DNA of 19,882 nt from a virus. Its lineage: Duplodnaviria; Heunggongvirae; Uroviricota; Caudoviricetes. The position numbers and the translations under genes were made by a program. The notes beneath the pieces are model-generated. The model made no database searches, had not been told where the DNA came from, and saw only the letters and a program-made list of their open reading frames with translations. The DNA lies in the IMG/VR virus record IMGVR_UViG_2548876858_000016. One strand, 5' to 3'. Below, piece after piece: positions 16,123 to 19,882 of this stretch. The stretch's first letter is position 1, and each line of letters starts with the position of its first letter.

Positions 16123-16299
16123 ATGGTAAATCTCCCTCCTGAGCTGGGGTCACCTGATGTATGGGCTGGTGGAGGTGTTGGGCTGATTGCAGGTCTGCTA
16201 CTTCGCTACGTCCTCGTCAGAGTGCTTGTTGTCTTTAAACTGTTCGGTCGTACATGGACGCTTGACCTTAAGGATAACGACCACACAGAACCCCGTTAA
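16123..16299 (+). CDS. Candidate small single-TM protein (58 aa)
   Basis: Internal ATG of track ORF 16042..16299, with AAGGA SD 6 nt upstream; hydrophobic segment VGLIAGLLLRYVLVRVLVVF; downstream of the 15911-15940 promoter. Confidence 0.35.
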   Translation: MVNLPPELGSPDVWAGGGVGLIAGLLLRYVLVRVLVVFKLFGRTWTLDLKDNDHTEPR

Positions 16300-16340
16300 A
16301 CTCCCTTCAAAACCCCCTGTACGTGATGGTATAGGGGTAT

Positions 16341-16357
16341 CTTTAGCATTTTGTGCT
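16341..16357. promoter_or_regulatory. Copy 1 of 17-bp dyad motif CTTTAGCAWWWWGTGCT
   Basis: CTTTAGCATTTTGTGCT; internal dyad AGCA-N5-TGCT; same motif recurs at 17471-17487 and inverted at 17501-17517. Confidence 0.45.
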
Positions 16358-16525
16358 ATCTATTAATAAATAGCTTGACATAACCGGAAAACTGAATCTA
16401 TCAAGTATTCACCCCTCTGACAGTAATTTCTAAAAATGCTTATTTTTCAATGAGTTGTAATTAGCCAATATAAAGGACTGACAAGACTCTTCACAGAGAA
16501 CTTTCAAGACTCACTAAGACACAAG

Positions 16526-16562
16526 GCGATAACCCCAGACAGGGAGAGCCTCCTTCTTAACC
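16526..16562. repeat. Direct repeat copy A (GCGATAACCCCAGACAGGG...TCTTAAC)
   Basis: ~75% identical to 16696-16732; contains a CCCC-N5-GGG mini-hairpin. Confidence 0.5.
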
Positions 16563-16695
16563 GACTTCTTAAACAATCTTTACAGACCCCCGTTCACCAG
16601 TCTCAATATTTTTATTTCTCGCTCTTCGTTTTTTGCTCGTTTCTATTATTGAGGGGGTTTGAAAAACCTCTGTAAAATAACCCTTCCAGTAAAAA

Positions 16696-16732
16696 GCGAA
16701 TAACCCCAGAAAGGGGAAATCGCATCTTTAAC
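16696..16732. repeat. Direct repeat copy B (GCGAATAACCCCAGAAAGGGG...TCTTTAAC)
   Basis: Pairs with 16526-16562; contains the perfect hairpin CCCCagaaaGGGG. Confidence 0.5.
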
Positions 16733-16763
16733 ATTCTCGTAATCAGTGCTCTATATGAGAACT

Positions 16764-17432
16764 TCAGCCCAACCTTTGAACAATCCTGTAAGTGGTGCTT
16801 AGAGGTATTCTTAGCGATTCTGCGATGCTCTTGATGGGTTGCCCTTGGTCATACATTTTAATCAACCTGTCAAGCGTCTGTGCATCGTGCATATGAGGTC
16901 TTCCACGTAAACCACCCCTGTTAACCACGGCAAGTAAAAGCATTGTGTCACCACAATAGATTGTCTGGGTAACTTCAACTTTCGGTTTGCGGGGTGTGTT
17001 CCTGTATATCAAAACGCAACTTGGAAACGGTGAGCGCACTACAACACCTCTCTTTCCTGCTGGTGGAAGGTATTTGACTGCTCGGTGTAACGTTCGAATC
17101 TCATGCAGGAAGGGGTTTGTATATACACACCGAAGCCAGTAAGTTGTCTTTGACCTGAGCGGAACCAGACATACACACACATCAGCTTCAGGGGCTTTTA
17201 AGAGGAACTTTTCAGCCATGCTAAACGGCGGGTTAACGAAGACCCGTTCACCAACCCATGATTGATTGTGAATATCATCGGTGAACCGTGGCAACAATGC
17301 GTCATACTCAGTTGCAGCACCATCTAGACTGAAGTTAAACTCACGATGCAGGTTATGAAATAAACGATACGGTGTACGCCAGTCATCAGAACCACCATGA
17401 TAACGACCAACATTGATTATTGGATGCGACAC
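16764..17432 (-). CDS. Phage Dam-family N6-adenine DNA methyltransferase fused to a C-terminal resolvase/Hin-type HTH
   Basis: 222-aa ORF with GTG start (AGAGGGG SD ~10 nt upstream). N-terminal ~150 aa shows DDWRTP...F.F.LDGAA...NPPFS...SPFPS, which I recognise as the phage Dam MTase pattern; C-terminal GRPHMHDAQTLDRLIKMYDQGQPIKSIAESLRIPLSTTYRIVQRLG resembles a serine-recombinase HTH. Confidence 0.7.
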   Translation of the reverse strand: MSHPIINVGRYHGGSDDWRTPYRLFHNLHREFNFSLDGAATEYDALLPRFTDDIHNQSWVGERVFVNPPFSMAEKFLLKAPEADVCVCLVPLRSKTTYWLRCVYTNPFLHEIRTLHRAVKYLPPAGKRGVVVRSPFPSCVLIYRNTPRKPKVEVTQTIYCGDTMLLLAVVNRGGLRGRPHMHDAQTLDRLIKMYDQGQPIKSIAESLRIPLSTTYRIVQRLG

Positions 17433-17470
17433 AAGCGAAGCGCCCCTCTTAGTATATTTCTTAATCGTCT

Positions 17471-17517
17471 CTTTAGCATTTAGTGCTTTTTGTTAAGTTT
17501 AGCACTTTTTGCTAAAG
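17471..17517. promoter_or_regulatory. Inverted pair of the 17-bp dyad motif, upstream of the Dam-HTH gene; candidate operator
   Basis: CTTTAGCATTTAGTGCT (17471-17487) and reverse complement of CTTTAGCAAAAAGTGCT (17501-17517), 13-bp spacer; 40-85 bp upstream of the GTG start; a minus-strand TATACT -10 candidate lies at 17451-17456. Confidence 0.45.
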
Positions 17518-17944
17518 ACAAAAGCATTGACAAAATGGTAGGATTGTTCACATAGCCCTTACTTAACAGACTCTTAAGAGCTTTGAAACAGCCTGTTTAA
17601 CAAGGTCACTACCTCTGGTCTTATCGTTCCCTTCTTTCTAGGTAGTCATCTGTTAAGAACTTTTCAGTTTTATTCTTAAGATAATTGTTAAGATGATACT
17701 CTCCCTTCGGGTTATATCGTATCTCTCCTCCCGTTAAATATCCCTTCACAGTCAGACTAAATAACACCTGTGTAGTTTCTTGGTAGAATCTTTCAAGGTA
17801 ACTTAACTCTGAGTTTATGAAGTTGACCTATGAGATAGACTCTACCGAATCTGTTAGTCAATTGTTGCTTAGGTGCTGCTAAGGCTTACTTAGTGGGAAG
17901 AGAGGGAATATGTGACCATAGGAACCCCTCCTGTTAAAAGCTTC

Positions 17945-17972
17945 TTGACGTTACTATCTCGATATGTATAAT
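17945..17972 (+). promoter_or_regulatory. Near-consensus sigma70 promoter (TTGACG-16-TATAAT)
   Basis: TTGACG at 17945-17950, 16-bp spacer, TATAAT at 17967-17972; no credible ORF downstream. Confidence 0.5.
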
Positions 17973-17979
17973 GGCTTAC

Positions 17980-18148
17980 TGTACTAGGTTTACTTCCAAA
18001 GCAACCAAGCACACTCTCTATGGCAGTGTCCAGCGAGGTAAGGTCGTGTAGGGTGCGGTTCGGTGGGGTAAGGTTTGGTGCGGTATGGGTGGATTGTCGT
18101 AGCCACGTTAAAAATCGACTTATAGGGACTCTTTCGGGAGTCCTTTTT
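17980..18148 (+). ncRNA. Candidate ~170-nt small RNA bounded by promoter and intrinsic terminator; G-rich internal tandem repeat
   Basis: Starts ~7 nt after the -10 and ends at the 18125-18148 terminator; contains GGTAAGGT...GGTGCGGT twice (18046-18095); the only overlapping ORF (18020-18298) reads through the terminator and looks non-coding. Confidence 0.4.
18125..18148 (+). terminator. Rho-independent terminator (GGACTC-tttcgg-GAGTCC + T5)
   Basis: 6-bp stem at 18126-18131 / 18138-18143, T-run 18144-18148; plus-strand specific. Confidence 0.6.
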
Positions 18149-18298
18149 AGTTTGTATAAAATCTGTACAGTAACTTTTCAGAGTCTGAAAATTTTTATAA
18201 ATATCGTAGTAACCCCTCTACATTCCCCTTCACCGATAATTTTCAAAAATATCTACACTCAATTGATGGCTGTTAAGTACCCCAGATTCACGATATAG

Positions 18299-18308
18299 CC
18301 CCCCCCCC
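18299..18308. repeat. Homopolymeric C10 tract
   Basis: Ten consecutive C in intergenic DNA, immediately upstream of a promoter-like TTGCAA-16-TATAAC (18310-18337). Confidence 0.9.
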
Positions 18309-19048
18309 TTTGCAAAAGCAGTTAAAATATCTATAACCAACCATTGACTTTCTTCATGATATCTGTTTAGCCCCACCTCAATAAGCCATCATCACACATC
18401 AAAGCATCTATCAAGAAGGTTTAACCTATCAATAGCTGTAACATTTTATAGTTCTGTGAAGTCCTATCCAGTTTTCTCTGTAACAGCTACAAACTTCTGT
18501 GACCTTATGTGTCAATGACTTATAAGACATGCTCTCAAGGTGCTGTATAGCCTCTTATCAGCCAATACACAAAACCCTTATAAATCAGTACTGATATGTA
18601 TACAGTATGTTTTTAACATAATAGCTGTTTTACGCACTAATAAGCACCTACGTAGATTCTGTATAGAGATTAAGATGTCTCTAAGTGATTTTTTAAGAGG
18701 AGATACGAAGGAACTATAACCATCACTTCATAACTTTCACGTAGGTAACTATTAAGTAGGTTGATAGTCACTTTGAGGGAATATTGATAGTGACCAACTG
18801 CATAGACACCGTTATATAGCCCTGTATATAGCACTATATGTAGTGTCTGGAGAGGGACGACTAACACGATATAGTTTACCCTGAAAAGAGGATTTACAGA
18901 TTCTCTATACATTTCAATAAGTTATGATAAAAAGGGGCTATGTCGATACTGTATAGAATCTGTGTAGGATTGCATAGATACTTGGAAAAATACCGTTAAA
19001 TTGCATAGGTACTAACCTGTTTATGTCCTGTTATTTACAGGCATAGCA

Positions 19049-19882
19049 TTATTGGTTAATTAATTCATCCGACTCTATATCATTACCTTTTTCTTTTTCC
19101 TTTTTAATTTTAGCCTCTACCATATCGAACATTTTCATTGTCTGTGATGAAGTTAGCTCTTTCTTTTGTCGTAGCGCGTTACGTATGGTAGAAGCTTCAA
19201 TATCAGAAACTGTTAAAAGTTCTTCTACCCTACTCTTCAATTGCTGTAATGAACGGCTATTATCAACTTTAAAGAAATCATCCATTACCTCAAGTGAGGC
19301 AACAATCAAATCCTGTAGTCTCTCTTTTTCTATCTCGATATTTTCAATGGTTTGTTTTTCTTTAGATACTAACTGCTTTAAATTATTAATTTCTTTCTGA
19401 ATCAGTTTCTTCTCTGTCTGTAGCTCTTCTGTGACCAGCTCTTCACGCTTACCACGCTCTACTTCCGCTTTAATATCAGCATCAATTTTAGCATTTTCTT
19501 TCTCTTCTTCTCTGGCAGCCCGAACCTTTAACCCCGTTAACCTGATTGAATCCAAGTATTCTTTTTCCTTTGTAAGATAAACATTTTCATTGTGTTTATC
19601 TGTAGCCCATTTTTGAGCAAGAGAAAGTAACCATTGAGCATAAGGAGTAATAACAGCTAGCACACCTCCAAAAAAGACAGGAGCAAGCAGATAATGAGCG
19701 TAAAAATATTCCTGAGATAGTATATAATCTATTCGAAACTTAACAGGCGCATCACTCATAAAGAGCATTGCTAAGTTAGGCCAGTTGAACCATACCCATG
19801 CAAGAATGATATATCCCCATAATGGGCTTTTAATCCTATCGTTTATTGCTTGCATAGTAGAATCTAACCACCCATCACTCAT
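19049..19882 (-). CDS. Membrane-anchored coiled-coil protein (two N-terminal TM segments + long K/E-rich coiled coil); start at or beyond window edge
   Basis: Track ORF; hydrophobic segments LWGYIILAWVWFNWPNLAMLF and YLLAPVFFGGVLAVITPYAQWLL, then heptad-like K/E-rich sequence. The Met at 19880-19882 is the last codon in the window, so the true start may lie outside. Confidence 0.55.
   Translation of the reverse strand: MSDGWLDSTMQAINDRIKSPLWGYIILAWVWFNWPNLAMLFMSDAPVKFRIDYILSQEYFYAHYLLAPVFFGGVLAVITPYAQWLLSLAQKWATDKHNENVYLTKEKEYLDSIRLTGLKVRAAREEEKENAKIDADIKAEVERGKREELVTEELQTEKKLIQKEINNLKQLVSKEKQTIENIEIEKERLQDLIVASLEVMDDFFKVDNSRSLQQLKSRVEELLTVSDIEASTIRNALRQKKELTSSQTMKMFDMVEAKIKKEKEKGNDIESDELINQ

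Larger units (their letters stand above)
7815..19882. mobile_element. Second integrative element (AT-rich) beginning with a large serine recombinase; continues beyond right window edge
   Basis: Serine recombinase at 7915-9438 next to the host-gene fragment; phage-like cargo (tape-measure-like gene, Dam-family MTase); visibly more AT-rich than the left part; left boundary is approximate. Confidence 0.55.

Noticed and set aside
10623-16161. Chi-like octamers GCTGGTGG (10623-10630, 14880-14887, 16154-16161)
   Set aside because: Expected by chance at about this frequency; no contextual significance can be shown from sequence.
16526-16732. Possible CRISPR array
   Set aside because: Only two imperfect repeat copies ~170 bp apart, with no regular repeat-spacer periodicity and no cas genes.
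17090-17106. tRNA T-loop-like GTTCGAATC string
   Set aside because: Lies inside the Dam-HTH coding frame, with no acceptor or anticodon arm context; no tRNA gene is supported anywhere in the window.
18020-18298. Track ORF 18020-18298 (+)
   Set aside because: Reads straight through a strong intrinsic terminator; G-rich repetitive translation (VRFGGVRFGAV); the region is better explained as noncoding RNA.
18670-18912. Track ORF 18670-18912 (-)
   Set aside because: Tyr/Leu/Val-rich translation of AT-rich repeat DNA, with no SD; lies within the repeat-motif cluster.
19185-19400. Track ORF 19185-19400 (+)
   Set aside because: Antisense within the membrane coiled-coil gene; Ser-rich low-complexity product.

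Overview
This window appears to hold two adjacent mobile elements separated by a ~400-bp fragment of a host DUF72 (yecE-like) gene. All calls below come from reading the sequence and the ORF track by eye; no database search or folding was run.

Left part (1 to ~7400) looks like the integrase-proximal end of a lambdoid-type prophage:
- a divergent immunity region, with a minus-strand cro-like gene coupled to a partial rha-family gene, and a plus-strand CI-like HTH + S24-peptidase repressor;
- an intrinsic terminator and a near-consensus pL-like promoter;
- a plus-strand accessory operon of short, translationally coupled unknown genes, including a small 2-TM protein and an SPFH/band-7 lipoprotein, with no recognisable exo/bet/gam-type genes;
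- an excisionase-like gene and a tyrosine integrase that abuts the host-gene fragment.

Right part (~7815 to 19882) is an AT-rich second element:
- it opens with a large serine recombinase;
- it carries a tape-measure-like gene outside a canonical tail operon, a Dam-family methyltransferase with a fused C-terminal HTH, and several small unknown minus-strand genes;
- about 2.5 kb is ORF-poor DNA with dyad and direct repeats, a C10 tract, and a candidate small RNA bounded by a promoter and a terminator.

No rRNA, tRNA or CRISPR array was seen. The strongest candidates for something undescribed are the 2-TM + SPFH lipoprotein module, the Dam-HTH fusion with its repeated dyad motif, and the candidate sRNA; none is recognised as a named system.
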